Shown: positions 17,964 to 29,463 of the stretch, one piece after another | Layout: each line of letters begins with the position of its first letter | How positions within the stretch are numbered: the stretch's first letter is position 1 | DNA from: an uncultured Erysipelotrichaceae bacterium | Lineage (GTDB): Bacteria > Bacillota_I > Bacilli_A > Erysipelotrichales > Erysipelotrichaceae | DNA length: 56,614 nucleotides | Assembly: GCA_949296305.1 (NCBI GenBank) | Contig: CASFOT010000138.1 | Span: forward strand, 1 to 56,614 | Reading direction: 5' to 3' | Notes under the pieces: generated by a model | Databases searched by the model: none | What the model was told of the DNA's origin: nothing | What the model saw: only the letters and a program-made list of their open reading frames with translations | Made by a program: the position numbers and the translations under genes

Positions 17964-19235
17964 TTAAGGAATAATCGTTACAACGCTTCGATGATCTAAG
18001 CATAATGCTTGACATACATCCCGTATATCGCTGATCGTAATCGAATTGATCATGTCCATTCCTGCAAAATAATCATAGCCAGCAAAACTGCTCCGGATAT
18101 AGCCGATAGCAATATCATCAAAGCTGTTTAAAGAACGGATGGCTTGACCAAAATAACGATGTTTTAATTGTGTAAGCTGTTCTTCATTCATCGATATCTG
18201 CTTCATCTGCTGGCATACTTTTGAAACGGTCTGTTCAAAAGTTTCTTTCTTTTCGGTTTCTGTATAAAACATCATTACACCATAATCTTCTCCAAACTCG
18301 ATGTCTGCACCAACAAAATCGGAAATTATTCCTTCATCCATCCATTTCTGGTATTCTTTGTTCAATGTGGAAAAACAGATGTCTTGTGCCATACGAATGC
18401 ACCATTCCTCACGAAGACGCTGCATCACATCGTTATTTGGCTGCAACTTATAAGCAACCGCTATTTTAGGGACGGTAATATCCATCGTAAAAGCATAACG
18501 CTCCCTTGCAACATTTTCAGGCTCATCAACGACCTTTCGCCGAATGGAACAAAGAGGTTCAAATTTCTTTTTCTGTTGATTTTGCCGAATGATTGACATC
18601 ACACTTTCTGGATCTTTACCACTGACACCTACCAGCATCATCGTGCTCGGATGGTAATTATGCAGATAACAAGCATCCAGCTGTGCTTTGGTCGTTGCAC
18701 AAACGCTCTTTTCATCTCCACCTATATCATATTTTAATGGATGCGCAAAAAACAGTGATTTATACAACTCCATAAGCAAACGGGAATCGCTCATTTGCTG
18801 ATACATTTTCAATTCCGAAACAATGATCCCTTTCTCTTTCTCCACCGATGCTTCACTGATATCTAACTGCTGCACAAAATCAAGCAATAGATTCAATGGT
18901 CTTTCCACATCACCGCTTGTTGAAAAATAATAAGCTGTCTCATTATAAGAAGTAAATGCATTCACATTTGCCCCCATCATTGAAAAATCATTCATCACAT
19001 CTTGATCTTGTTTTTCAAACATCTTATGTTCCAAAAAATGAGCAATACCAGCAGGATATGCATATTGTTTCCCTTGCTCATCCTCTTGTAACAGATCCAT
19101 TGCACCTAAAGGAGTCGCCAGCATAAACAGTGATCTTGCATATCCTGGTTTATGCCAAACAACTACGCGCAACCCATTGTCTAAAGTTTCTGTATAGTAT
19201 GTTTCCTGATACCGCTTATTCGTGATCTGCTTCAT
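17964..19235 (-). CDS. M16 family zinc peptidase (YmfH-like)
   Basis: GIAHFLEHKMF (HxxEH), NAFTS...TAY, VEKEKGII..E. Confidence 0.92.
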   Translation of the reverse strand: MKQITNKRYQETYYTETLDNGLRVVVWHKPGYARSLFMLATPLGAMDLLQEDEQGKQYAYPAGIAHFLEHKMFEKQDQDVMNDFSMMGANVNAFTSYNETAYYFSTSGDVERPLNLLLDFVQQLDISEASVEKEKGIIVSELKMYQQMSDSRLLMELYKSLFFAHPLKYDIGGDEKSVCATTKAQLDACYLHNYHPSTMMLVGVSGKDPESVMSIIRQNQQKKKFEPLCSIRRKVVDEPENVARERYAFTMDITVPKIAVAYKLQPNNDVMQRLREEWCIRMAQDICFSTLNKEYQKWMDEGIISDFVGADIEFGEDYGVMMFYTETEKKETFEQTVSKVCQQMKQISMNEEQLTQLKHRYFGQAIRSLNSFDDIAIGYIRSSFAGYDYFAGMDMINSITISDIRDVCQALCLDHRSVVTIIP

Positions 19236-20472
19236 CCTCTGCCTCCTCACTCATTACGATATATGTCGCTTTATGTTCTAAACGTTCTGCCATCTCTGCG
19301 ATTTCTTCCCTTGTTACCTTTTCAATACATTCGATGATCGTTTCATTTGTATAGTTTCTTTCTAACAGATCATTTTGAAATTGCAATGCGGCCAGGCTGT
19401 TCATATTGTCATCACCCGCACGCAATGAATTGATGATCATCGTCTTGCTGACAGACAACAGATCATCATCGAATAAATTCCTCTTCAAACAATCGATTTG
19501 CTCATCAATTAAAGACAACACCTGATCAATATCTTTTTTATTCGTTCCTGTTACGATTCCCAATGCACCATCAAAAGAAATCAAACTTGAATAGATCGAA
19601 TAACACAAGCTATTTTTTTCCCGAACATTTTGAAAGAGGAGACTTGTTGAATATTGTCCCAGCATCGCATTTAATACACGAAGTGCATAATAATTTGGAT
19701 CTTTCACATCCGTATGGGTAAAATATACTTTTATGAGCGATGATTGAGGAATTTCCCTTTCTTCTCTGATTTCTTTGCAAGTTCCTTGTGTATCGATTGC
19801 ATAATATGTTTTATTCACATTCAATCTAGGCTTGAAATCGAATTTTGCACGAATACATTCCAAAACCTCATTTTCATTCAGATCCCCGCATATAATGATA
19901 TCGAGACCATTTTCATCAAGCAAACGCCGGTGCGCTTCTTTTATATCTTCAAGCGTGACCTGATCTACCATCTTCTCTTCACCCAAAGCGGAAATTCCTA
20001 AAGGAAAACCTTTTCCAGCTAATTTCAGTCCTTGTGAAACGACAAATTGTGACGCATCATCCCGCATTCGTTTCAATTTTGCTAACAGCACTTGTTTTGC
20101 TTCCTTTAAACATTCTTCATTTAATAAAGGGAAACATACCATTTGTTTTAAGAAATCAAAACCTTGTTCTAAAAAATTATCCGTATCTGCGAACCGCGGA
20201 TGAATCATTCGCAAACGCAATTCTAATACCTGTGATTGACCATAGCCAATGGTCTGTGCACCTACACCCATTCCATAAAGCTGATCCAAATGCGTGCTGA
20301 TTGACTGTTTCGTAGGATACTTCTGTAAGCGGTCACTCATCATCAGAGCCAATAATGAATACATCGTTGCTGTATCTTCCCGCAATGGTTGGATAAAACG
20401 AACGAAAATTCCTATATCTTTAAATTTTTCACTTGGTATCACATGAAGTGAAACACCTTGACAAATTTCCAT
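19216..20472 (-). CDS. M16 family inactive partner (YmfF-like)
   Basis: KFK N-terminus, SLLFQNVREKNSLCYSI, no HxxEH. Overlaps the active M16 gene. Confidence 0.9.
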   Translation of the reverse strand: MEICQGVSLHVIPSEKFKDIGIFVRFIQPLREDTATMYSLLALMMSDRLQKYPTKQSISTHLDQLYGMGVGAQTIGYGQSQVLELRLRMIHPRFADTDNFLEQGFDFLKQMVCFPLLNEECLKEAKQVLLAKLKRMRDDASQFVVSQGLKLAGKGFPLGISALGEEKMVDQVTLEDIKEAHRRLLDENGLDIIICGDLNENEVLECIRAKFDFKPRLNVNKTYYAIDTQGTCKEIREEREIPQSSLIKVYFTHTDVKDPNYYALRVLNAMLGQYSTSLLFQNVREKNSLCYSIYSSLISFDGALGIVTGTNKKDIDQVLSLIDEQIDCLKRNLFDDDLLSVSKTMIINSLRAGDDNMNSLAALQFQNDLLERNYTNETIIECIEKVTREEIAEMAERLEHKATYIVMSEEAEDEADHE

Positions 20473-20649
20473 AACTGATCCTCCTTTATATGCACATAGT
20501 ATGTGTATACTCTACCATAAAATACCGACCATTTCCATTCAGAAACCAATGCTTTGATCATAGGGCATTGATTGCCATCGCATGAATAGCGCCACTTGAT
20601 CGTTAAAAAAAGAAAACACTCGCAAATCTTGTGCAAGTGTTTCATCAAT

Positions 20650-21786
20650 CTAACCTATATGAATGAATACTGGTCCAGAGCCTGCGTAAGCACTATAGAT
20701 GACCGTTCCTGAACCGTTCCATCCACCATGTACTGCTTGTCCATTTCCGATGTACACAGCAATATGAGCAGCACCCATACCACCATTCGCATAATAAATC
20801 AAATCTCCAGGCTGCGGATTGTTCGTCACTGTTCCTAATGAGAAATAATCTGCCGGCCAACCATGGAAATAAATTCCATTTGCTGCCAAAGCATTTGTTA
20901 CCAACATTGTACAATCTTGGTTCACACCGACCTGGGCTAATGCAGCTGATGCAATTCCGCTGCCACTGCCATTATAAGAAGAAATCACATTAGACACAGC
21001 TGAAGACTGTTGCTGCTGAGCAGCCGCTTGCCGTTCCTGTTCCCTCTTTCGAGCAGCTTCTTCTGCTTCGAGTGTTTCTTTATCGGTAGCAATCCCATAT
21101 TCATCAAAGACATATTCAATGCCATCAATTTCTTTAATAGTATCTTTATATGCTTTTCCGTATTGATTCAGATAATACATATTATCATTTCCATCATACT
21201 GCCAACCAGTGTAAAGAACACCATACTCGTCGAGATAGTACTTATGACCATCGATTTCGGTTGTTCCAACAGCCATCGTGCCATCTTCAAAGAAATAATG
21301 TTTACGTCCGTTGATCGTCTTCCAACCAGTCACTTTCTGACCATTCTCATCTACATATACGAACACTTCTTTTTCAATTTCAATGTACTGTTCTGTAACT
21401 GGATATCCATATCCATCATAAAGATGATCCTCGTTCCATCCAGTCAGCAATTTCCCGTCTTCTTGGAAATTATAGTTTTTTTCATCAATGGTTTGTTCAC
21501 CGCTTACCATTAGACCGTCGCCATCAAAATAATACTGGAAACTGTCAATCTGCTGCCAACCGAACACCATGTTTCCTTCTTCATCAAAATAATATGTTCC
21601 TTCATCCAGATGTAACCATCCAGTTGCTTGTTCTCTCGTTGTTTCAAGAACATAGTAACGATCTGCCCCTTCGCCATGCCATCCCGGCTGTGCTTCATAG
21701 GCGTATACGGTAGAAATCACAGGTACACATGTCGCAAAACAAAGTGCAATTGCAATCTTTTTACCGTTTTTCTCGATAAAATTCAT
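20650..21786 (-). CDS. Secreted NlpC/P60 peptidoglycan hydrolase with cell-wall-binding repeats
   Basis: Signal peptide, repeated GW..I...YYFD..G.M units, charged linker, C-terminal QDCTMLV..PGDLIYY..HIAVYIGNG..VHG (Cys-His-His). Confidence 0.88.
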   Translation of the reverse strand: MNFIEKNGKKIAIALCFATCVPVISTVYAYEAQPGWHGEGADRYYVLETTREQATGWLHLDEGTYYFDEEGNMVFGWQQIDSFQYYFDGDGLMVSGEQTIDEKNYNFQEDGKLLTGWNEDHLYDGYGYPVTEQYIEIEKEVFVYVDENGQKVTGWKTINGRKHYFFEDGTMAVGTTEIDGHKYYLDEYGVLYTGWQYDGNDNMYYLNQYGKAYKDTIKEIDGIEYVFDEYGIATDKETLEAEEAARKREQERQAAAQQQQSSAVSNVISSYNGSGSGIASAALAQVGVNQDCTMLVTNALAANGIYFHGWPADYFSLGTVTNNPQPGDLIYYANGGMGAAHIAVYIGNGQAVHGGWNGSGTVIYSAYAGSGPVFIHIG

Positions 21787-21991
21787 CTTGACTCACCTCA
21801 ATTATCAACGTGTCCACTATAACACAACTTTCCATTTCTTGCAAATTTGTAAGATAAAAAAGAAGGAAGATCCAAGAGAACTTCCTTCTAAAACCCTTTT
21901 ATTATAGGATAATTTGAGAATATGTGAGTTTGTGTGATTTCTTTTAAAATGGTCGTTTCAGCCATCAATTCTTGTTTGCAGACAAGGCCCA

Positions 21992-22579
21992 TCAAGGCTT
22001 TTCATTATCTTCTCCAATCTCGATCACATGAATTTTCAACGCTTTACGATAACATAAAAACTTGCGCAAGAACAGGCATCCACCAACAAAAAGTAAAACC
22101 GAAAAACAAACTAGGCTTACAATGCCGATGATTCGAATATACTCGATTATTTCCTGTAAAGAAGTCGCATGAATTGCAAAATTAAATAAGAAACTGCATA
22201 CAAACACATAAATAGCGATCAGCAACAAACAACACAGATATAACCGTTTATGTGAACTGTAGTAAATCATAAACATGCAAACGCCAAACAAGATCCACTC
22301 CCATATAGTAATGGTGGTACATGCTTGACATAGATAAGAAAAAAAGCCGCCTTGAACAACTGACATCATTGAAAGAACCATGCGGGAAACCACGAACAGC
22401 TCCATGGTTGGATCATTCAACAATGAAAACAATGATGCGTAATCCGCTAATACCATCAACCGACAAGCAGTATAGATTGCAAAGCAGCAAACCAGAAGGC
22501 AGCCAATCAGACAAAGCAATTGTACAGAAAACAAGCGTTTTTGCTTTGTATCAAAAAAACTGTCTAGATAATCAATCAT
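21992..22579 (-). CDS. Hypothetical integral membrane protein
   Basis: Several hydrophobic segments. Overlaps the trmL stop by 8 nt. Confidence 0.7.
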   Translation of the reverse strand: MIDYLDSFFDTKQKRLFSVQLLCLIGCLLVCCFAIYTACRLMVLADYASLFSLLNDPTMELFVVSRMVLSMMSVVQGGFFSYLCQACTTITIWEWILFGVCMFMIYYSSHKRLYLCCLLLIAIYVFVCSFLFNFAIHATSLQEIIEYIRIIGIVSLVCFSVLLFVGGCLFLRKFLCYRKALKIHVIEIGEDNEKP

Positions 22580-23084
22580 GAACGATCCAATCCTCGCCTT
22601 TGATTACCTCTGTCTTTGATAGCCCCGGATAGTCAAGCTGACGCAATACTTCATATACACCGATGGCCACCGTATTGCTGAGATTTAATGACCGTGCAGA
22701 AGCCACCATTGGAAGGCGCATGCAATGATCAAGATTACGTTTTAATATCGATAGCGGAATACCCGTGCTTTCTTTCCCAAACACAAGATAAATATCCCCA
22801 TCACATTGAGTAAAGTCAAAAGATGAAGGCGGATTCTTCCCGTATCTCGTCATATAGAAACAATGTGCTTCCCCATGTTCTTTTACAAAGCTGTCCCAAT
22901 CAGGATATAGATCATAGTCCAATTCTTTTACATAATCCATTCCTGCACGGCGGAGATGCTGTTCATCCAAATAAAAACCAAGGGGTTCGATCAGATGAAG
23001 CTTACAGCTAGCTGCCATGCAGGTACGCATGATATTCCCTGTATTCTGAGGAATTTCAGGCTCATACAATACAACATGAATCAT
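22572..23084 (-). CDS. trmL: tRNA (cytidine/uridine-2'-O)-methyltransferase TrmL
   Basis: VLYEPEIPQNTGNIMRTC, RRAGMDY, FGKESTG, RSLNLSN SPOUT motifs. Confidence 0.93.
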   Translation of the reverse strand: MIHVVLYEPEIPQNTGNIMRTCMAASCKLHLIEPLGFYLDEQHLRRAGMDYVKELDYDLYPDWDSFVKEHGEAHCFYMTRYGKNPPSSFDFTQCDGDIYLVFGKESTGIPLSILKRNLDHCMRLPMVASARSLNLSNTVAIGVYEVLRQLDYPGLSKTEVIKGEDWIVHD

Positions 23085-23668
23085 TAGGATTCCCCCTTTA
23101 AGAAAGCAAGAAGCTTTGTCAAAGCTCGTCCGCGGTGCGATACTGCATTTTTTTGTTCTTCATCAACATTCGCTAAAGTTGTTTGAAAAGGCGGATAATA
23201 AAAAATAGGATCATATCCAAAACCTTTTTCACCAATCATTTCTTTTGCAATTTCTCCATGTACTTCGCCAATGAACACATGCTCGGTTCCATCAGCTTCA
23301 ACCAGGCCGATTGCACAGACAAATTTGGCCCCTCTCGGCTTTCCTTCTACTTGATCAATAATATATTGGTTTTTAATCGCATAATCTGTATCTTTGCCCA
23401 AAAAACGAGCCGAATAAACCCCAGGAGCACCATTCATGGCATCTACAGCTAAGCCGGAATCATCCGAAATGACCATTGTATGGAATCGATCGTGGATGGC
23501 ACGTGCTTTGATCAATGCATTTTCAGCAAAAGTAGTCCCATTTTCTTCAATTTCAATAGACTCTTCAAAATCTAAGAGACTTTTTACCTGATAGCCCAAC
23601 GGTTTTAGCATATGGGAAAACTCCTCTACTTTATGTGCATTGCTAGTAGCAATCAAAATTTCTTTCAT
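23084..23668 (-). CDS. rdgB: RdgB/HAM1 non-canonical purine NTP pyrophosphatase
   Basis: ATSNAHK, ENALIKA, DDSGL.VDA.NGAPGVYSAR, GFGYDPIF, KNAVSHRGRAL. Confidence 0.95.
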   Translation of the reverse strand: MKEILIATSNAHKVEEFSHMLKPLGYQVKSLLDFEESIEIEENGTTFAENALIKARAIHDRFHTMVISDDSGLAVDAMNGAPGVYSARFLGKDTDYAIKNQYIIDQVEGKPRGAKFVCAIGLVEADGTEHVFIGEVHGEIAKEMIGEKGFGYDPIFYYPPFQTTLANVDEEQKNAVSHRGRALTKLLAFLKGES

Positions 23669-23921
23669 AACTTTCACCTGCCTAGGAATCATTCTATCAG
23701 ATTTAACTTACTTTTTCTATGTAACATGAATGAAAATAAAAATGACTGATGCTTTTTAGATCGATCACATCCTCTTCAACGGTTTTAAAACGATTTTCGT
23801 CGCATCAAGGAAGCATGAAACTTTTTCCAATTCAAAATCTATTAAAAATGTGAGCATTTTACTATTCTTTTTTTCACTTTTAAAGTATAGTAAAGATGTT
23901 GAGAAAGAGGAGGATTTCAAT

Positions 23922-24464
23922 ATGGCAAAATATGTATGTACGGTTTGTGGTTATGTTTATGAAGGAGACAGTGCTCCTGAAAAATGTCCAATTTGCGGCG
24001 TTGGCGCAGATAAATTCACGAAACAAGACGGTGATCGCACCTGGGCTGCTGAGCACGTTGTTGGCGTAGCACAGGGTGTGAGCGAAGACATCATCAATGA
24101 TCTGCGTGCAAACTTTGAAGGAGAATGTTCAGAAGTTGGTATGTATTTAGCAATGGCTCGTGTTGCACACCGTGAAGGATATCCGGAAATTGGTCTTTAT
24201 TATGAAAAAGCAGCTTGGGAAGAAGCTGAACATGCAGCAAAATTTGCTGAGTTGCTCGGTGAAGTCGTAACACCATCTACAAAGAAAAATTTGGAGATGC
24301 GCGTAGAAGCAGAAAATGGTGCTACTGCAGGTAAAGTAGATTTAGCTAAACGCGCAAAAGAAGCAAATTTGGATGCAATCCATGATACAGTACACGAAAT
24401 GGCTCGTGATGAGGCCCGACATGGAAAAGCATTCGAAGGTCTTTTGAATCGTTACTTCAAATAA
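23922..24464 (+). CDS. Reverse rubrerythrin (NADH peroxidase)
   Basis: N-terminal rubredoxin-like CTVCGY..CPICG followed by di-iron EEAEH and DEARH motifs. GAGGAGG RBS. Confidence 0.93.
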   Translation: MAKYVCTVCGYVYEGDSAPEKCPICGVGADKFTKQDGDRTWAAEHVVGVAQGVSEDIINDLRANFEGECSEVGMYLAMARVAHREGYPEIGLYYEKAAWEEAEHAAKFAELLGEVVTPSTKKNLEMRVEAENGATAGKVDLAKRAKEANLDAIHDTVHEMARDEARHGKAFEGLLNRYFK

Positions 24465-24489
24465 CAAAAACGAAAACATCGATGTACAT

Positions 24490-24516
24490 AAAATGCCGGA
24501 ACACGCCGGCATTTTT
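24490..24516. terminator. Bidirectional terminator
   Basis: AAAATGCCGG-aacacg-CCGGCATTTT between convergent genes. Confidence 0.8.
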
Positions 24517-24519
24517 CAT

Positions 24520-25341
24520 TTATTCAAAAGCATTTGATATTTTGATCAAAAAGCGCATACGCCGATACAATTCGTCATAATTATCTCCTTCAATACGAAC
24601 GGTGCATCGATCGATTTGATTGGTCAAAGGGACCCTGGCAACAAATGATGCATTTCGTTCTTTGTGAAAGGTAATATCAAGCGCATAATGATCTTCAGGA
24701 TAAATTTCATAATGATCTGACATTGCTGCTTTGATTGTTTCAGCATAACGTTGTTGCAGCTGTTGTTTTGAGCAATTTAAAGCACATAATGAATTGATCG
24801 TTTTCTTTGTTTCAACAAAGTGAACTTGCCCTTTCAATTCAGATGTCAACTGTTCTTTCAATAGCGAATCACCGCTCACCATTATAACAGGAAGACCATA
24901 ATACCAAGCTAAATGTGCATTTAATCCACTTTCTCCAATTTCTTCTCCATTAAGAGAGATGCTGCGGACTTGAGAGCCCCAGATCGTATGAGCCATGACT
25001 CCTGGTGTATTGCTTCGGCAATGATAACCTAAAAAACAGACGCCGTCAAAATCAGAGGAAATCCCTTCCATCATCCCATATTCTTTATATGCGCCATGAG
25101 AAACGATCATCTCGACCCGGTCATCCATTTGCGCCGGAATCAAATTGTCCATTCCCCCATGCCCATCATTCAAAACTACACGCTGTGCCCCGCAATCAAA
25201 TAAATGTTGGATTGCAAGATTCACTTCATAAATCATGTTTGCACGATATTGCTCATAGGCATAGCCATCTTTCATCGTATAAGCACTATCGCTGTTTCCC
25301 CATATTCCCTCGATATCTGCTGAGAGATAAATCTGTTTCAT
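24520..25341 (-). CDS. dppA: D-aminopeptidase, M55 family
   Basis: IYLSADIEG, NDGHG, MMEG, GYH, AHT, IGE, VSGD motifs. Start could instead be 25362. Confidence 0.88.
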   Translation of the reverse strand: MKQIYLSADIEGIWGNSDSAYTMKDGYAYEQYRANMIYEVNLAIQHLFDCGAQRVVLNDGHGGMDNLIPAQMDDRVEMIVSHGAYKEYGMMEGISSDFDGVCFLGYHCRSNTPGVMAHTIWGSQVRSISLNGEEIGESGLNAHLAWYYGLPVIMVSGDSLLKEQLTSELKGQVHFVETKKTINSLCALNCSKQQLQQRYAETIKAAMSDHYEIYPEDHYALDITFHKERNASFVARVPLTNQIDRCTVRIEGDNYDELYRRMRFLIKISNAFE

Positions 25342-25385
25342 CCCATTCACTTCCCTTTTCATTCTTTTAATTGATTATAGCATAG

Positions 25386-25404
25386 AAAAAGAGCGGATGC
25401 TCTC
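25386..25404 (-). terminator. Putative intrinsic terminator at the distal end of the IS remnant
   Basis: AGAGC-atcc-GCTCT followed by a U-run on the minus strand. Confidence 0.5.
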
Positions 25405-25429
25405 CATGATCTTCTTTTGGCTCCAATAC

Positions 25430-25666
25430 TGAGGCATATCCATTCACAGCTATAGCAAGCAAAACACATTCAAGAATTTTCATTCCATCATATCCATAAG
25501 AGTTGCGATGAAAGAAATTGATAAACTTAAAAATATTTCCTACTTCCACGACTTCTTACACTGTTCTGAAGATATCAATGACAGCAATAGAATCTTCATA
25601 AACAAAACTCAAAGGGAATTACAAAGACGGCTGAATTGCATTATCATCAATTAGGTATTTAGACAT
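25430..25666 (-). pseudogene. Decayed IS1182-family transposase fragment
   Basis: Aligns by eye to 10-246: MSKYLIDDNAIQPSL*FPLSFVYEDSIAVIDIFRTV*EVVEVGNIFKFINFFHRNSYGYDGMKILECVLLAIAVNGYAS. Two in-frame TAA codons, then truncated. Confidence 0.85.
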
Positions 25667-25783
25667 AAATAATTATACCAAAAAGGACCGTAGTATAAGG
25701 ACAATTTATCCAAATATTACGGTTCCTTTTTTATTTCTGAGACTATTTGACAAATGCTGTATCGATCCCTTTTCGTTACAGCC
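25430..25783 (-). mobile_element. IS1182-like remnant (left end plus truncated transposase)
   Basis: Homologous to 1-345: same AATTATACCAAAAAGG, equivalent hairpin at 25681-25732, and CGTTACAGCC terminus. Confidence 0.75.
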
Positions 25784-25799
25784 TTTTAGGCCTCAACTC

Positions 25800-27419
<1,620 letters not shown>

Positions 27420-27429
27420 TTATACCTCC

Positions 27430-27693
27430 TTATGCGACAACTGCCAAAATGTCTTCATCGGCAATCACAATATATTCTTCTTCATCCATCTTTACTCTTG
27501 TTCCTGAGTATTCCTTGTAAACAACTTTATCACCTACTTGATAACCGGCATCTTTACAGCCATCTCCAATTGCCTCAACAACACCGATGCTAGGCTTGTT
27601 TTTGTTTTCGCTTGTTAAAATAATACCGCTAGCGGTCTTGTTTTCTACTTCTTCTTTTTTTAATACAACATTGTCATGTAATGGTTTTAGCAT
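27430..27693 (-). CDS. groES: Co-chaperonin GroES
   Basis: MLKPLHDNVV, TASGIIL, VGDKV, DILAVV. Confidence 0.98.
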   Translation of the reverse strand: MLKPLHDNVVLKKEEVENKTASGIILTSENKNKPSIGVVEAIGDGCKDAGYQVGDKVVYKEYSGTRVKMDEEEYIVIADEDILAVVA

Positions 27694-27714
27694 TTCAATT
27701 CCTCCTTTTAGAAA

Positions 27715-27741
27715 TTAGCACTCTTTGTGCTTTACTGCTAA
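27715..27741. promoter_or_regulatory. CIRCE element 1 (HrcA operator)
   Basis: TTAGCACTC-N9-TACTGCTAA (consensus TTAGCACTC-N9-GAGTGCTAA). Confidence 0.85.
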
Positions 27742-27749
27742 CACTGTCT

Positions 27750-27777
27750 ATTATACTCACTTTTAGCACTTTGGCAA
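27750..27777 (-). promoter_or_regulatory. SigA promoter of groESL
   Basis: TTGCCA-N16-TATAAT on the minus strand. Confidence 0.7.
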
Positions 27778-27789
27778 CCCTTCTGCTAA
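27763..27789. promoter_or_regulatory. CIRCE element 2
   Basis: TTAGCACTT-N9-TTCTGCTAA. The -35 hexamer lies in its spacer. Confidence 0.75.
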
Positions 27790-28095
27790 CAAAAAAATAT
27801 ATTTTTTTATTTTTTTTATTTTCCTGTTGCAACGAAAAAAATGAAGACAATCAGACAGGTTTGCTTCAGCATTTTGCGGATAATGGATCATAGAGCTTGC
27901 ACTGTAAGAATATTTCCACGATCAATACCATGTATGTATGAAAATATAGAATGCAAAAGCCAACCGTTTGTCCTTCGCACGTGTATGTCTTCCATCAGAT
28001 CTTGCATCTGTTATTCATGTACATGCGCATGATAATGTTTTCAATCTTGTTCATCGTAATTATTCCAACTCGGATATTCTTTTCTTTTTGAACGC

Positions 28096-28138
28096 AAAAG
28101 AGCTTCCTTTACAGATCAGCTCAGTAAAGAAAGCTCTT
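28096..28138 (-). terminator. Putative terminator of the thrS operon
   Basis: AAGAGCTT..TTTAC / GTAAA..AAGCTCTT interrupted hairpin. Confidence 0.55.
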
Positions 28139-28154
28139 CTCATTTTTCACTTTT

Positions 28155-28532
28155 TTATTTGCAAGAATGGGATCCGCAATCATGACCTTCTTCATGGTCG
28201 TGGTGCGTACAAAGAATAGATGGATCATCAGCTAATGCATGACGGGCAAATGCCTGAAGAGCCATGCGTGCATCCATGTTGACCCCTCGAATGATGGAAA
28301 TCCCTTGTTCATTAAGCGCATTGACTGCACCTTGTCCAATACCGCCGCAGATCAAAGTATCTACATTCCATTGTTTCAACAAAACTGCTAATGCTCCATG
28401 ACCGCTTCCATTCGTGGAAAGAAGCTGTTCATTACGAACATCTTCTCCCTCAATATCTGCTACCAAAAACTGAGCAGTTTTGCCAAAATGCTGAAATACT
28501 TTTCCATTATCATAAGTAACTGCTGCTCTCAT
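28155..28532 (-). CDS. NifB/NifX family (FeMo-cofactor-binding fold) protein with His/Cys-rich tail
   Basis: VFQHFGKT..F, VDTLICGGIG.GA, C-terminal CTHHDHEEGHDCGSHSC. Confidence 0.88.
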   Translation of the reverse strand: MRAAVTYDNGKVFQHFGKTAQFLVADIEGEDVRNEQLLSTNGSGHGALAVLLKQWNVDTLICGGIGQGAVNALNEQGISIIRGVNMDARMALQAFARHALADDPSILCTHHDHEEGHDCGSHSCK

Positions 28533-28536
28533 AAAT

Positions 28537-29463
28537 TTACTCCTTTACCAATAAGGCATCCAGATCTACCTCAAGATTGAAGATCTTGGCAAACTGCTCC
28601 AGATCTTCCTTTGCATCCTTTGCATCTACATAACGGATGTTCTGGCGTTCCCAAGATTTCACTGCAATTGCTGCACTTGGGATACCTAATGCATCTGCAC
28701 CAAACGACTCGATTGCATCGCTCAATTTTTCACTATCGTTCGATGTGTCATTAGCAAATGTTTCGATTGCTTCTAATACGCTGCTCAATGCATCTTTTTC
28801 GCCTTTTTTTACAAAGATTGCTGCTTGCGGATAACCTTCATCTGCTGCTGTATCATTTTTCTCTGCATATAACTGCTGCAGATCAGCAATCACCTGCAAA
28901 CTTTTACCGTTTTCTTTTGCTTTAGCAATCGTTGCCGTAGCTACTGGCTCAGCCAATAAAGCAACATCAGCCTTTCCGCTCAGCAACTGTGCTTGTGCAT
29001 CACTAACTGCATTGTAATACGTTAATGTCGGCTGAATTTCATTGAGATCCATCGCATTTTCTAAAACCAGCTGTGGCACAGCTCCCTCTCCGAAGGCTGC
29101 AAATGTACCCTCTTTCTGCAGTGCGTCTTCATCGCTGCCTACCAGATACAGATTACCCCAAGTAATCACTGCAGCAAGCTCATAGTTTTGTGCTCCTTTT
29201 GAGGCTAATGCCATACCTAAATTGCTAGGCGCAACGATGATATCATATTCGCTGTCTTCTTTCGCCAGCTCCGCTTGCAAAACATCACTGCCGCTGACCG
29301 TTTCTATCTTTTCAACATTATCTGCCTCAGCAGCACCTAAAATGCCTAGAGCTGGTGCACCTGTAGGTGCTAAGATCTTCACAGACTCCTTTTGTGAGGC
29401 ACCGCATCCAACAAGTGTGCAAGATAAGGCAAGAGCCATTAAACCTGTTACAAGTTTTTTCAT
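28537..29463 (-). CDS. ABC transporter substrate-binding lipoprotein (NitT/TauT-like)
   Basis: Lipobox LVG-C, APTGAPAL, VITWGNLY, ALLAEP.AT, GYPQA. Confidence 0.8.
   Translation of the reverse strand: MKKLVTGLMALALSCTLVGCGASQKESVKILAPTGAPALGILGAAEADNVEKIETVSGSDVLQAELAKEDSEYDIIVAPSNLGMALASKGAQNYELAAVITWGNLYLVGSDEDALQKEGTFAAFGEGAVPQLVLENAMDLNEIQPTLTYYNAVSDAQAQLLSGKADVALLAEPVATATIAKAKENGKSLQVIADLQQLYAEKNDTAADEGYPQAAIFVKKGEKDALSSVLEAIETFANDTSNDSEKLSDAIESFGADALGIPSAAIAVKSWERQNIRYVDAKDAKEDLEQFAKIFNLEVDLDALLVKE

Noticed and set aside
20439-20648. 69-aa minus-strand ORF between the NlpC/P60 and M16 genes
   Set aside because: Runs through a terminator-like hairpin and the promoter region, with no RBS.
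21000-21700. Repeats in the NlpC/P60 gene as a DNA repeat array
   Set aside because: They are degenerate protein-level cell-wall-binding repeats.
25367-25549. 60-aa ORF in the ORF track
   Set aside because: Internal fragment of the decayed transposase running into unrelated sequence.
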